Positions 13,937 to 27,025 of a DNA stretch of 64,000 nucleotides are shown piece by piece (position 1 is the stretch's first letter; each line of letters opens with the position of its first letter). The position numbers and the translations under genes are program-made. Source of the stretch: Octopus sinensis (Eukaryota). The DNA is taken from the NCBI RefSeq assembly GCF_006345805.1, contig NC_043001.1, positions 12,152,001 to 12,216,000 of the forward strand. Reading direction: 5' to 3'. The notes under the pieces were generated by a model. That model worked only from the letters and a program-made list of their open reading frames with translations. It made no database searches and was not told the origin of the DNA.

Positions 13937-14416
13937 TGTATGTATGTATGTATGTATGTTTGTTTGTTTGTTTGTTTGTTTGTTTGTTTGTTTGTATGTA
14001 TGTATGTATAATTTAATGGGGAAGGCTGGTTTATTTGTTTCCGTAGGTTTCCCCTCCATAAAGCGTTTAGTTTTATGGCGTGTCGTCAGACGTCATAACC
14101 TGTTGGCGTAAGACGTCTTCAAAATATGTCGGGGGGAAAAGTCTCGCAACGAAGGGAAACAATAGTTAATATCCCCCTTCGCCATTGGCTCTCAACATTT
14201 GGCTGTGCTGCCATCTTGCGGATTCCAAAACGCTTGCAATGATCTCCAAAAATATGAATACAGCCAAAACATATCCGTTCAGCAGTTAAGGATGCTCTCT
14301 TGTTCGTGCGAGTCTTTTACAATGTTTGCGCCTCAAGCTATGCACAACTAACAACGCTTCGTCACAGGAACCAGGATCTTCGAGGATTTTCCTAGTGTAT
14401 TATTATTATTATTATT

Positions 14417-14620
14417 GCGATCTGGCACAATGCGTAGCCGTATATCGTCTGCAGTTAGGTTCTGAGTTCAAATTCCACCGAGGTCGACTTTGCCTTTCAT
14501 CCTTTTGGAGTCGATAAATTAAGTACCAGTTGCGCACTGGGGTCGATGTAATCGACTTAATCCGTATGTCTGTCCTTGTTTGTCCCCTCTATGTTTAGCC
14601 CCTTGTGGGTAGTGAAGAAA
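14417..14620 (+). mobile_element. SINE family B (degenerate head, body, tail 1)
   Basis: gttctgagttcaaattcc...gaggtcgactttgcctttcatcc...gccccttgtgggtagtgaagaaa. Confidence 0.85.
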
Positions 14621-14760
14621 TTATTATTATTATTATTATTATTATTATTGTTTTTGTTGTTCTTCTTCTTCTTCTTTTTCTTCTTCTTCTTCTTATTATT
14701 ATTACTATTATTATTATTATTATTATTATTATTATCATTGTTATTATTATTATTATTTTT

Positions 14761-14975
14761 AAGGCGGTGAGCTGGCAGCATCCTTAGCACGCCGGGCGAA
14801 ATGCTTAGTGATATTTCAGCTGCCACTACGTTCTGAGTTCAGATTCCGCCGTGGCTGCCTTTGCCTTTCATTCTTTTGGGGTCGGTAAATTAAGTACCTC
14901 TGATGCAATAGAATGGATGGGATCGACTGCCTCCTTCCTCATAATATCCAGGGCTTATGCCTATAGTAGAAAAGA
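14761..14975 (+). mobile_element. SINE family B, alternative tail 2
   Basis: aaggcggtgagctggcag head; ends gggcttatgcctatagtagaaaaga followed by (ATT)n. Confidence 0.8.
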
Positions 14976-15040
14976 TTATTATTATTACTACTGCTACTAG
15001 TACTACTACTACTACTACTACTATTATCATAATTATTATT

Positions 15041-15180
15041 CAGTAGTTTTAATTTCATAGCGTGCTTTCACTTCACTACCGAGCGCAGCTCTGTGTGCCT
15101 TAGGTATGTGATGTGATTTGTTGTGATGATCTGATGGTTATTCTATGGAAAGTGTTCTGCGTAGGATGTGTGCAGTGTCT
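15041..15180 (-). mobile_element. Dong/R4-like RLE non-LTR retrotransposon 3' end, copy 1
   Basis: Minus strand encodes TAHILRRTLSIE*, the typical (LLG)TAHILR terminus of R4/Dong ORFs. Flanked by (TAA)n. Confidence 0.6.
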
Positions 15181-15204
15181 ATTATTATTATTATTATTAT
15201 TATT

Positions 15205-15760
15205 GAGTGAGTGAGCAGAGCATGCCATCAAAGTGACACTGGGGTAAAATATACGAAGCCCAGTATACCCATCATGACTACCCGTCTGATAAGGGTACAC
15301 CAGGTACATGCATCACAACCATATGTGCACGACATGGTGATCTCATATCAAGATAAACAGCACATGACCTTGCAGGTGGAGCCCAGTTAGAATTTTCTTC
15401 AGATCGAGTAACCCATCCCGCTCAAAAGATCCCTGAATAAGGGTTGTTTAAGGACGTTGAACGAAACACCCATGTTTCCAGAGGTGAATCATTCAAACCC
15501 CAAAGAATCCTTCTCAACACATGGCTATGATGCTCCCCCACTACTTCTGCTCGTGATCAGAGATGCACATATCGTCAGCCACTAAGGGACATGCTCAAGT
15601 GGTTAAGGTCAAACAACTGACAAGCAAATCTGTGGTATTGAGCAGAATATTTGCTGTAGCCCATCTTTTATACCAAGAAAAAACAATGTACATGATAACA
15701 CTTCCAATCAGTTAAGATCAGAAGCCATGAGAGCCACTGCCTGGTACTGCATCAGGGCAC
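15205..15760. mobile_element. Non-coding repeat embedded in (ATT)n
   Basis: Flanked on both sides by (ATT)n. Its left end (gagtgag..catcaaagtgacactggggtaaaa) recurs at 38866-38910, also next to (ATT)n. Confidence 0.6.
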
Positions 15761-15783
15761 TTATTATTATTATTATTATTATT

Positions 15784-15923
15784 CAGTAGTTATATTTTTA
15801 TAATGTGCTTTTACTTCACTACCGAGCGCAGCTGTGCGTGCCTTGGGTATGTGATGTGATTTGTTGTGATGCTCTGATGGTTACTGTATTGAAAGTGTTC
15901 TGCGTATGATGTGTGCAGTGTCT
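15784..15923 (-). mobile_element. Dong/R4-like 3' end, copy 2
   Basis: Near-identical to 15041-15180 with the same truncation point (…tgcagtgtct). Confidence 0.6.
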
Positions 15924-15971
15924 ATTCTTCTTCTTCTTCTTCTTCTTCTTCTTATTATTATTATTATTATT

Positions 15972-16330
15972 AAGGCGGTGAGCTAGCAGAATCGTTAGCT
16001 CCACGGACGCAATGTATAGCGTTATTTCATCTCCCGCTACGTTCCGAGGTCGACTTTGACTTTCATTCTTTGGGGCTCGATAAATTAAGTATCAGTGAAT
16101 CACTGGGTGTTGATGTAATCGACTAGTCCGCTCCCCCACCCCGCATTCCAGTCCTTGTGCTCATAGTAGAAAGGATCATTGGTATTATTATTACTAAGGC
16201 TGCAATCTGGCAGAATTGTTAGCACGCTAGGGTCGATAAATGAAGTACCAGTTGCGTACCGCGGTTGAGGTAATCCACGATCCACCACACGCCCAAATTC
16301 TAGCCCTTGTGTTTTTAGTAGAAAAGGATT
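15972..16330 (+). mobile_element. Two degenerate SINE family B copies
   Basis: aaggcggtgagctagcagaatcgttagc heads and gtcgataaattaagta cores. Confidence 0.7.
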
Positions 16331-16789
16331 CTTACGACTAGATGTAGTAGTGATAATAGGGGGGATGTGGTGGAAGGAGAAGAGGAAGTGCAGGAAATCC
16401 GTTAGCTGCAGCATTGCCGGCAGTGTCATTCGAAACTATGCCCTGTGGTATACTGGTGAGTAAGTCCACGTAATAATTGATACAATTTCCATAGATAATT
16501 ATACTTCACGTTCTAAAACGCCATTATATAACACAAGTACAAGTACATTTAACTCTTCCATTATGGCGTTTCGTTGCGTTCACATACAAAAACACAAAAA
16601 CAGAAAATCACTGTCTTTACGCATAGAATTAACGGTTTGGTAATTATATGCTTCGCGTTGTCTGTCGTAACATGAAGGAAAACCAGTCACAATGATTCCG
16701 ATCAATTTAATTTCTGATTCTAACGCAGAAGCTAAGGACATTTGAAAGAAGGAAGCAGATATACACTTCCATACTCAGTATGTAAGGTA

Positions 16790-16850
<61 letters not shown>

Positions 16851-17022
16851 GGAAGGTTTTATTACAATACCTTCCGGTGTGGCAAGCGACTTTATCAACC
16901 GTACAGTCAAATTAGTATAACACATACATACATACAAAACAAGATACATATCTTATATTGAATGTATATACATATGTATATGTGTGTGTGTGACTGCGTG
17001 TGTATGCGTATACAAATATATA

Positions 17023-17082
<60 letters not shown>

Positions 17083-17316
17083 TACACACATACGCGCACA
17101 CACACACATATGTATATCGATAGATAGATATATAGATATATGGATAGATAGATAGATATATAGATAGTTAGATAGATAGATAGATGGATAGATGTATAGA
17201 TGGATAGATAGATATATATTTTTATTCGTACATGCAAAAACACATAAATATATGCATCAGACGTATCTCTCTCTGTCACTGTGAAAGTGTCATGGATACC
17301 TATTAAAGAATATCAC

Positions 17317-17383
<67 letters not shown>

Positions 17384-18434
17384 TGTGTGTGTGTGTGCAT
17401 GTGTTTAAACAGACACGCATGCACACATATATTTATTTGGTTACGTGTATGTAATACACATACACATTCACATGTACAAAAATAGATATTTTCTACCTGT
17501 CATTTCCTCTCTCTACTTCACTTGACATATGAATGCTTTTTGCGAAGTTATACATAAAAAATATTTCCAAATTAAACTGAGAAATTACTCAATACTTTTA
17601 CCAGGGAACATGTTAATTAAAGTGTTTATAAGAAGTGTTTTTTGTAACTTCTAAGTTTCGGCTTACCACCTTTCGCCGCGAGCACACACACGTGTATTCA
17701 CTGGTACAATATTACATCGATCAATAAATACGTACAGAGGACTATGTCATTGTAAATGTGACTACATTTCTACTATCTCAAATAGTGAAGCATAAGTAAT
17801 TGCTAACATGTCTGGAAACCAAACTGTTCAACGTAGTGAAGCAGTATGTCTCAACCTTATGGTTGGATGAATTTAGCAGCTTATCTTTGGCTGCAATAAT
17901 TTCCAACTTCGTAAGTGTTTTAGTAACATTACATTCTATTTTCATATTCCATCTATTTTTCTATCACTTTGTTTTTATTACATTCGAGTCATTTGATGAC
18001 TCACTTTGTTGTCTAAGACACAACCTCATTAAATTTAAATTAGATATATTAAAGTTCCTGTGCCAACCGTATTTCGTTGAGCCTGTTGTATTTGATTATC
18101 CACGCTCTAAAGTACATTTTCCAGGGAAAAATCATTCGAATGAGATTGATGTGGTGGGGTATAACGAGCAATATTTACTGTATCATTGAAAAATATTTTT
18201 TCCAATGTTCACAGCCTTGCAAAAACTATATCAGCTATGCAAATGACTTTCTCGAAATGCTTAAGAAAACGTTATAACATAATGAGAACACTATCTCAGA
18301 AAATAGTCTCCGCTTTCTATGAGCATACAAAAGGCACATTTATGTAGGGTAAAATCAGTAAGACAAAATACGTAAATTTGCCTTTTGTATTCTCCAGAAA
18401 TTCATTTGAAAGAAGATATATTTTTCACGGCTAC

Positions 18435-18653
18435 AAAGGTGGCGAGCTGGCAGAAACGTTAGCACGCCGGGCGAAATGCGTAGCCGTATTTCGTCTGCCG
18501 TTACCTTCTGAGTCGACTTTGCCTTTCGTCCTTTCGCGGTCGATAAATTAAGTACCAGTTACACACCGGGGTCGATGTAATCGACGTAATCCGTTTGTAT
18601 GTCCTTGTTTGTCCCCTCTGTGTTTAGCCCCTTGTGGGTAGTAAAGAAATAGG
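18435..18653 (+). mobile_element. SINE family B with 18-bp TSD
   Basis: TSD tatatttttcacggctac (18417-18434) / tatattcttcacagctac (18654-18671). Confidence 0.9.
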
Positions 18654-19411
18654 TATATTCTTCACAGCTACTTCACGAACTTCTAGAGTGGCTCTCTTCC
18701 AGATACATTAACCCATCCGGCAGTTTATAAAAGTGTAGTTTTCAAATTAGTCATTACTCATTTTCCCCACCTTTAATCATCTTACTCTGAAAATTAGAAT
18801 TACCAAACTGGTTATTAGTGTGTGTAACTGTTCTACTTCTGCAGAGTTGTGATAGGTCTATGACTTATACATTTATTGAGACATAATTATTTTATAAGTT
18901 AATTTTTAAGTAATTGATTGAATGTTTTCAATGATGAACTGTTGCCATGGAAAGTTGTTAAATAAATTTTTAGCAACATATATTTACTTCTTTCGCGAGT
19001 ATCACGAGGAAAAACTAATTTGAAATATTTATTTAGATTCTCATTATTTTGAAAACTGAAATGATGAGAGATTCTCCTGAGTATAGACTTAAAATTCAAT
19101 TTGAATAATAATAAAAAAGAAGACTTATCAGGTTTTGTAACGTTAATACAGAGTTTTAAAGAAAGTATTCAAATATTATCACAGAAATGTTAATATATAG
19201 TGCATTATAAAAGTTTGGAATTACCAGATTAGAAATACGTTTACATGGTGGATAAAAAACTAATGAACTAATTATTTGTTAATATTTGTTAATTGGGGAA
19301 AGTGTAGTGTAACGGAGCAGATATTTAAAGCAGTTCTTCCTGGTTCAAATCAGGAGGAAGAAATAAACTGCATGCGTGCAGTGTTAAGGATACGACTGAT
19401 GGTAGAATTCA

Positions 19412-19706
19412 GCAATGGCCCAGTGGTTAGGGCAGTGGACGCGTGGTTGTAGGATCACGGTTTCGATTCCCGGACAGGACATTGTGAGTGTTTACTGAGC
19501 GAAAAAAACCTAAAGCTCCACAAGGCTCTGGCAGGGGGTGGTGGCGATCCCTGCTCTACTCATTCGCTACAACTTTCTCTTACTCTTTATCCTGCTCACT
19601 TAACCAGCGGGGTGGCGTCATTTGAAGGCTAAAACAAAGCGAAGCGCATTGTGACCAGCGATGTGTAGCAACATCTGATAGCCTGGTCGGTCACGTGATC
19701 ACGTGA
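19412..19706 (+). mobile_element. SINE family C variant with a different 3' tail
   Basis: Head gcaatggcccagtggttagggcag...ggtttcgattccc as in 36324-36712, but diverges after actttctcttactct and ends ggtcacgtgatcacgtga. Confidence 0.8.
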
Positions 19707-20646
19707 CTCCAGACACATGCCCGTAATCTTTGAGGGAGGCCAGTCTATTAGATCGACCTCAGTACGCAACTGGTACTTAATTTAACGAAAGTATGAAAGG
19801 CAAAGTCGAACCTGGTGGAATCCAGCACCATTTTCGTCACCACTCTGTCGCTGCAGGACTTTTCTTCTTGCCGACGCTTTGTAGTTCTAAAGTGAGAGTC
19901 AGTCCGCGCAATCCACTCTCACTTCTTAAACTTGGTAGTTTGATGACAGAGGCACTGTTGGCCGGGACAGCTGCAGTGACCAGCCAGCTGTAGGTTTTAT
20001 ATTGGAAAGATTTTCTAGCTGGTGAATTATGTTGCAGGGTGGGCGTACCACACTTACCGTCAAAGACGGTGCATAGCCGCACCCACAGAGGGATCCAATT
20101 CTTGGGTAGCTTTCACGGTGGAACCTCATCCCGGAATTTTTCTTACCCAAGGTACTTTCGAGGCAGTGAGAGTATTGTACTTCCAATACGCCCATAACTT
20201 GGGCTCTGGCAGGTCTACCTACTACAGTTCAGAGTAGACCTGAGAACACTACTGTCTAAGGAGTGGTTACACACTTCTCAAAACCCTAGATTTTCCGAAA
20301 CAGGTCCAAAATAATGGATGCAGTTAAAATTTACATCAAGGAAATGTAATGTATAATGCGTGGTTCAATTTCACGTAGCAGTCATCACACAATGTACTGT
20401 AAATTTATCCTTTAAACTTAAAAGAAAAATGCAACAAAAAATACTTAAGGCTAATGTGAAGACGTTTTACTTGAGATCGATGTAATTGTAACTTTCAGCC
20501 GGTAGACAGGGACAATAGTTCAGTTTCTAGTAAGGGATCAGCGATATTATTTACCTCCGGCTTTTGAATTTTTTATTCAATACGAGAGACTAATCTTTAT
20601 TCTACCAGTTGTATACAGTCATTTTTGTCAGCCTAGATGTATATTT

Positions 20647-20873
20647 TATTTCTTTATTGCCCACAGGGGGCTAAACATAGAGGGGGGACAAACAAGGACA
20701 GACATGGCAATTAAGTCGATTATATCGACCAAAGTGCATAACTGGTACTTATTTAATCAACCCCGAAAGGATGAAAGGCAAAGTCGACCTCGGCAGAATT
20801 TGAACTCAGAACGTAACGGCAGATGAAATACCGCTTGGCATTTCGTCCGGCGTGCTAACGTTTCTGCCAGCTC
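20647..20873 (-). mobile_element. SINE family B with 16-bp TSD
   Basis: TSD gcctagatgtatattt at 20631-20646 and 20874-20889. Confidence 0.9.
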
Positions 20874-22308
20874 GCCTAGATGTATATTTGAAACATGTAT
20901 ACGATATATTTTTAGCATTTTGATTACAGTTCTGGTGTCTTTTATATTTGAGGTTTAGATCAGAGTCTGGTTAGTATAATAACACGGGGATAGGGATTTG
21001 GCAAATACTTTTATACTATGCATGTTTGTACATCGGCTACAAATATATTCGTGTGCATGGCGTGATGACAACGGGTCTCATTTATAAGTGAAATCCTCGT
21101 GGCAAAATAGTACATTGAAATATAGGTCGCAAATTATGGCAGTACACCACTAATTTTGTGTGAGCATTGAAATCGAATACATCGAACCCTGTCTTCAAAC
21201 GTTACTGATATTATCGATCCTGAAAGGATGCAAGACAAAGTCTACCTCTGCAGTATTTTAACTTAGAATGTAAAGACGAGCGTAATGCCTCTTTACAGTT
21301 TGACCAGGGTACTAACGATTCTTTTCTACTCTAGGCACAAGGCCCGAAATTATTGGGCAGGGAATCAGTCGATTAGATCGAGCCCAGAACGCAACTGGTA
21401 TTTAAATTTTCGACCCAGAAATGATGACCTGAAGAAAAGCATCTTGCGCTTTTGAGGGATGAAACTGATTGCATTGTACTACGAGTGTCAAAATGTGGCG
21501 AAACAATTGTTGTGGTTTTAAATAAACAACGTCTTTCAGGCAGTTTTCTATCTATTTATGTATCTATCTATGTATGTATCTGTCTATCTTTCTATCTTTG
21601 TATCTGAGTGTATGTCTGCTGCCTGTTTATCTGTCTGTCTGTTTGTCTCTTTATGTTGTACGTGGTCGATCGAGCTGCTATAAATAACAGCCCAAACTGT
21701 TTTAAATTACCTTCTGCCGACTTCAAAAAATGCCATATTGCGCGCTCTGCTCAGAAATACATTGTATCTAAATAAAAAAAAACGATGGGTGACTACGGAT
21801 AATAAAATTCTTGAACCTCACGATTTGCTCATCCACTTGCCGCTAAACACCAAGAAACCTATGAAAACAAAGGGAACTAAGCATCAGACCAGCTTGACCG
21901 AATTTCCGACAGAAAATTATATGAAGCAAAAGATTAATAAGAGATACTTTCAGAAAAATTTCGGATACAAACACAATGTAGGTTGAGAAGAGTTAATAAA
22001 GCCAAATATGGAAATGACGAAGATTAAGAGATGGTTCTGTTAGTTTTCCTACTGTTTATTCATCCACAGATTAGAGAGGATAAATAGAATCAATTGCTTG
22101 ACCAGTCAGTAATCAAAAGTATCAATCAAATTTTGGTTGGCAATAATAAGGAAATAGCCACCACCAATTAAAAATTGTAAGAGGAAAGAAGCAATAAAAT
22201 GAAGGAAGAGAAATCCAACGAAATCACACGGACATAATTATGAAGAGCAGCAATTGTTTCAGTCAGAACGATTAGCTAACGGAGTGTGAAAATTACAATA
22301 ACAGTACG

Positions 22309-22350
<42 letters not shown>

Positions 22351-22669
22351 TAGACACGTGCAAGCACTCACGGGCGCGCACATAGCGGAAGCGAACATGT
22401 CTGGCGAGTGATTTGGTCTGAGACTCTTCTAAAGTTAAATGATTACACGGTAGAAGACACATTTTAGCCGTTCAATACAAAAGCGAATATGTTAACTACA
22501 CATACAAGCATGTTATTTGGTATCAAGATTTTCATTTCACCGACTTACATATTAAGAAGAGGGTACCGTCCATCTTCTCTTAAAAGTGGAAGATGAGGGC
22601 TCTCTGCTGAGAAATATGCAAGAATATCTATCTATCTATCAATATATATCTGCCCCCCTCAATCTCTCG

Positions 22670-22716
<47 letters not shown>

Positions 22717-22802
22717 CATACACACACATGCATATATATATATATACGAATTTATGAAGGTATATATATGTTTTTATGCATGTGTATATACATATATATT
22801 CG

Positions 22803-23965
22803 TAGGGGTTGGACAAAATAATGGAAACGCTAGCACCAGAACATCAGAAGTTTGAATTATCTATAAAACAGTCAAAAATAGGTTTATACTTATGTTTTTT
22901 TATTTATTATAAGTGTTGCTTAATATGTTTTGCTAAAATTGCTGTTGCTTTCAGATGTAATCAGAAAAAACGTAATTAAAATTAATTAAAAGAACAGCTC
23001 TATTGAATTTTCAAAGAGGTCAAACTGTTGGTACTCGTATGGCAGACGCTTGCGAAAGAGGGGATAAATCTCCTCGTCGAAACAGAACTCCGGAAGAAAA
23101 CCAAAACTTTTAGATGTGGACCGTCAGACTCTAATGCGAATTGTTTGAAAGGATCACAAACGTACAGCTCTCAAATTACTACGGAACTTATTGGCCACGT
23201 CGAGAACCTAGTTTCCACAAAAAACTGTTCGCCGGGAGCTGCACTTAGCCGGATTTCAAGGTAGGACAGCAATCAGAAAACCGCTACTTTCAAAAACAAA
23301 CGTTGCAAAGCGTTTAGAGTGGAATGAAAACCTACAGAATTGGTCCCTAGAGCAGTAGAAGAATGTTATTTTCTCGGAAGAGTCATCCTTTATCTTAGAT
23401 ACAGACAAAAGAAGCATTTGACTCGGACTGCCTTCGTCCAACTGTTAAACTCGAAGGATGATGTGTAATGATCCTGGGGGCTATGTCTTGGAAATCCGCC
23501 GGCCCAATGGTTCCCCTTCATGGAAAGACTATTTAAACATTTTATCTGATCAAATTCATTCTATGTTTGTGGAACAGTTTCCGGAAGGAAACGAAATCTT
23601 TCAGGATGATAATGCACCAATTCTCGCAGCTAAACATGATACTGAATAACACGAGGGACATTGTATTGCAGTTGAACCACTTATATGGCCAGCACAGTCA
23701 CCGCTTCTCAATATTACTGAATATTTATGGTGCATTTTAGAAAATCAAATAAGAAGTCGATATCCTCCACCATCATCACTACAAGAACTGGATACTGTTT
23801 TAGCTGAAGAATGGACAAAAATTCGTTTGGAAACAATTTAAACATTGTACGAGTCCATATATCTTAGACTTCAAGCTGTGATAACTACCAAAGGCGGTCC
23901 TACCCCATGTTAAAATCAATTTGTTTGAAATTTTAAGGTCTTTCCATTATTTTGTCCAACCTCTG
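22803..23965 (+). mobile_element. Tc1-family DNA transposon, decayed
   Basis: TIRs (t)aggggttggacaaaataatggaaa / tttccattattttgtccaacctctg followed by TA. Broken transposase motifs VIFSEESSF, FQDDNAP and WPAQSPLLNITEYLW. Confidence 0.9.
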
Positions 23966-23967
23966 TA

Positions 23968-24083
23968 TATACGATGGGCTTCTTTCAGCTTCCGACTACC
24001 AAATCTACTCACAATGCTTTGGTCGGACCGAGGCTATAGTAGAATACAGTTGACACTTGCCCAAGGTGCCACGCAGTGGGACA
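23968..24083 (-). mobile_element. SINE family A fragment
   Basis: cttctttcagcttccgactaccaaatc...cacttgcccaaggtgccacgcagtgggac. Confidence 0.75.
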
Positions 24084-26199
24084 TATATTTTTATCGTTTA
24101 GGTTTTTTGATAGCTTCCATTTGTTTCTTTTTAAAGCATATCTTATTCTCCCATTACTATAACCCCACAGTGCTGAAACTAAAGCACATCTTCACAGGCA
24201 CTTTGATCTCTATATTAGCAATAGCTGCATTTTCACCCCGTTAGTGCAATGTGAATGTTACAGCTGCGGATATCATAGAGATTCCAAAAAGAAAAAAAAA
24301 AGTGAATAGGAAACTTTGGAGTTCATGTTGAATTCAATTAAAATACAAAAAATAAGCAGCAGTGCAACACCCGCTGGTGATTCACGAAATGCCTGAATCT
24401 CCGGATCATCAGTGAGACTGATCGATCATTTCAACTACCATTCAATGAAAAAGTAACACTGAAAGGATTGAGGAAATGATAATCTCAGATTTTCAGAAAA
24501 CCAAAGCAAACCATAAATTAAGTATCAGTCAACTACTGGGGTCGATGTACTCGACTATCACCCCCACAAAGAAAGAAAAATAAATTGCTATCCTTGTGGC
24601 AAAATTGGAAACCTTTAATTAAAATTAAATATTTCATTATGTACATAGGAAAATTCTAGACCAGCGTCATAATAGAAATAAGCAAAAACATTTTTATGGC
24701 CCAGATTTTAATACCAGAAGGAAACGTTCTTTGGAAACGATATATAAATTTAAATAATTTAAGAGGGATTTTCATTACTATGCGTCGGATAAAATGCTTT
24801 ACATCATCGGTTCCAAGTCTTTATATTTTCATTTCATATCCTGCCATAGTGAGCTTTGCTTTTCACCTCTGCGCATTTCCTAAAATAAATTGTCAAATGC
24901 TACGGTGTATAACTTCAGTTAATTTTGTTGTTTCTAAATTGCTTGTCTTTATGCTAAATTAACACTACTCGTTTCAGTTACTGGATCTTAAGCAGAATCA
25001 GTCATCGTATCTCGTCTCGTCAAAATTGTTGTCCGACAGTGCAGAGGTTAAAAATCTTTATTTGGCTGTACTCGTAAAAGTTTAACAGGTGAATTGTTTC
25101 TTCTGAATTATAATACTTAAATCTTCATCACAGGAAGCACTATATCCGATTAAATGCTGTTCAATAAATATCCAATTATACTTTTAAATGTTAGAAACTT
25201 CCTGACGCAGTTTAACATAAATAATCGGACAAAGCAATTTATTTTTACTTTGCGTTCAGTTTACTTTTAAGCTTACTAACGATAATTTCTAACAATCGAT
25301 TTCAACGTGAAGAGAATTAAAGAAAGAGGTACAAACTTTTACCATTAAAAAATAGGAAATTGCCTCATTTAAAATAGTTTGTGACAACGTTGCGTGCGAT
25401 ATTGAATTTTATATCAGAGTATGATGTGCTGAGTATTAAAAGCAACAACAATCTTTATAGATCGTTCTTATAAAGGTCATACCAATAATATAAATACCAT
25501 TCATCTATTTATAGAAATGCTTCCTGTTTTCTCTGCGAAAACAGTCACGAAAATGCGGCAAAAAGAACGAACAATAACAAATAAATAATGTAGGACGAAA
25601 GATAACAATGGAAAAGAAAATTAAAAAAAATAAAACTTCTGCCAATCAATTAATAAAATAGCTTTTAGTAGCACGTAGAAAAATATTTGAATGAAATGTC
25701 TGTGTATCGGTGAAGTCAGATTCTTTCACAATCAAGAAACCTCTTGAAAAATACATTCTTCGTTGATGATCATTGACACTGATCAGGCTAGCTTTGTGTA
25801 AAAGATTGCGTGCGTATATACACACACACATACACACTGACAAATACAAACACTCACGCACACATGTGAACCATAAAAAATCAGCCGCTTTATAATCTAA
25901 TATAAAACTCTTTACTTTTTGTTTAATATTCTTGTTGTAATTCAGAGATTTATTTTCGGTAGGACAAAGAAGTTAGCTAAAAGCGGAAGTTAGTTAATAT
26001 TGTAAAGCTGTGGAAGGTGGTCGAGTGACAGAATAGGTAATGGGTCGGACATAACGTAGTGTTCTATTTAGTTAAACATTTTTTTTGTATTCAAAGTAAA
26101 AATTATGCACACATCGACATCGACGTTTCGGGTTTGAGAGTTGTTAACATAAACTACAATTCAGGGCCAAGGATCTTGTCTATAATACTCTACAATAGT

Positions 26200-26610
26200 A
26201 AGGCGGCGAGCTGGCAGAAACGTTAACACGCCGAGCGAAATGCGTAGCCGTATTTCCTCTGCCGTTACGTTCTGAGTTCAAATTGCGCCGAGGTCGATTT
26301 TGCCTTTCATCTTTTCGGAGTCGATAAATTAAGTCCCAGTTACGCACTGGGGTCGATATAATCGACTTAATCCCTTTGTCTGTCCTTGTTTGTCCTCTCT
26401 GTGTTTAGCATCTTGTGGGTAGTAAAGAAATAGGTATTTCGTCTTGCGTTACGTTCTGAGTTCAAATTCTGCCGAGGTCGACTTTGCCTTTCATCCTCGA
26501 TAAATTATGTCCCAGTTACGCACTGGAGTTGATGTAGTGGACTTGAACCATTTGTCTGTCCCTGTTTGTCCCCTCTATGTTTATCCCCCTGTGGGTAATA
26601 AAGAAATAAA
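26200..26610 (+). mobile_element. SINE family B dimer (head-body-tail1-body-tail1)
   Basis: Junction aaagaaataggtatttcgtc at about 26425-26445; aatactct on both flanks. Confidence 0.9.
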
Positions 26611-27025
26611 TACTCTGCTGTTGTCTTCCCCAAATGGCGATGTTTTCTTATATGATCATATTGATATAAGCGATCAATATCACGAGGGATAAAAAACGAA
26701 AGTGCCAAACAACATTTTAAACCCTGCCTCGTTGATTTCCATCCCTGTTTAATTGAATTCTGTTTCAAATTATAACAGAAATTGATGTTGATTTTGATTT
26801 CACTCTTAACAATAAAATATGATTAGCGTATGTAAATCGGTTTACAGTAATAACTAAGACAACATGGGATAACCATGTGACTCTGTATAAATTTATAAAT
26901 TCGTGTGTTACATTATGGAAGAATTCAGTATTATGGTCAGCAATGTGCTAGGTAAAACCTTTTCGGAGTTCGTAGTAACTCACACTCGTAGTTGTCGTAA
27001 TTTGTGACTAAGTCGCACTTAGACT

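Noticed and set aside
14013-14187. Possible small MITE (aatggggaagg..tttgtttcc / ggaaacaa..ccttcgccatt)
   Set aside because: The inverted ends are too degenerate and there is no TSD or second copy in the window.
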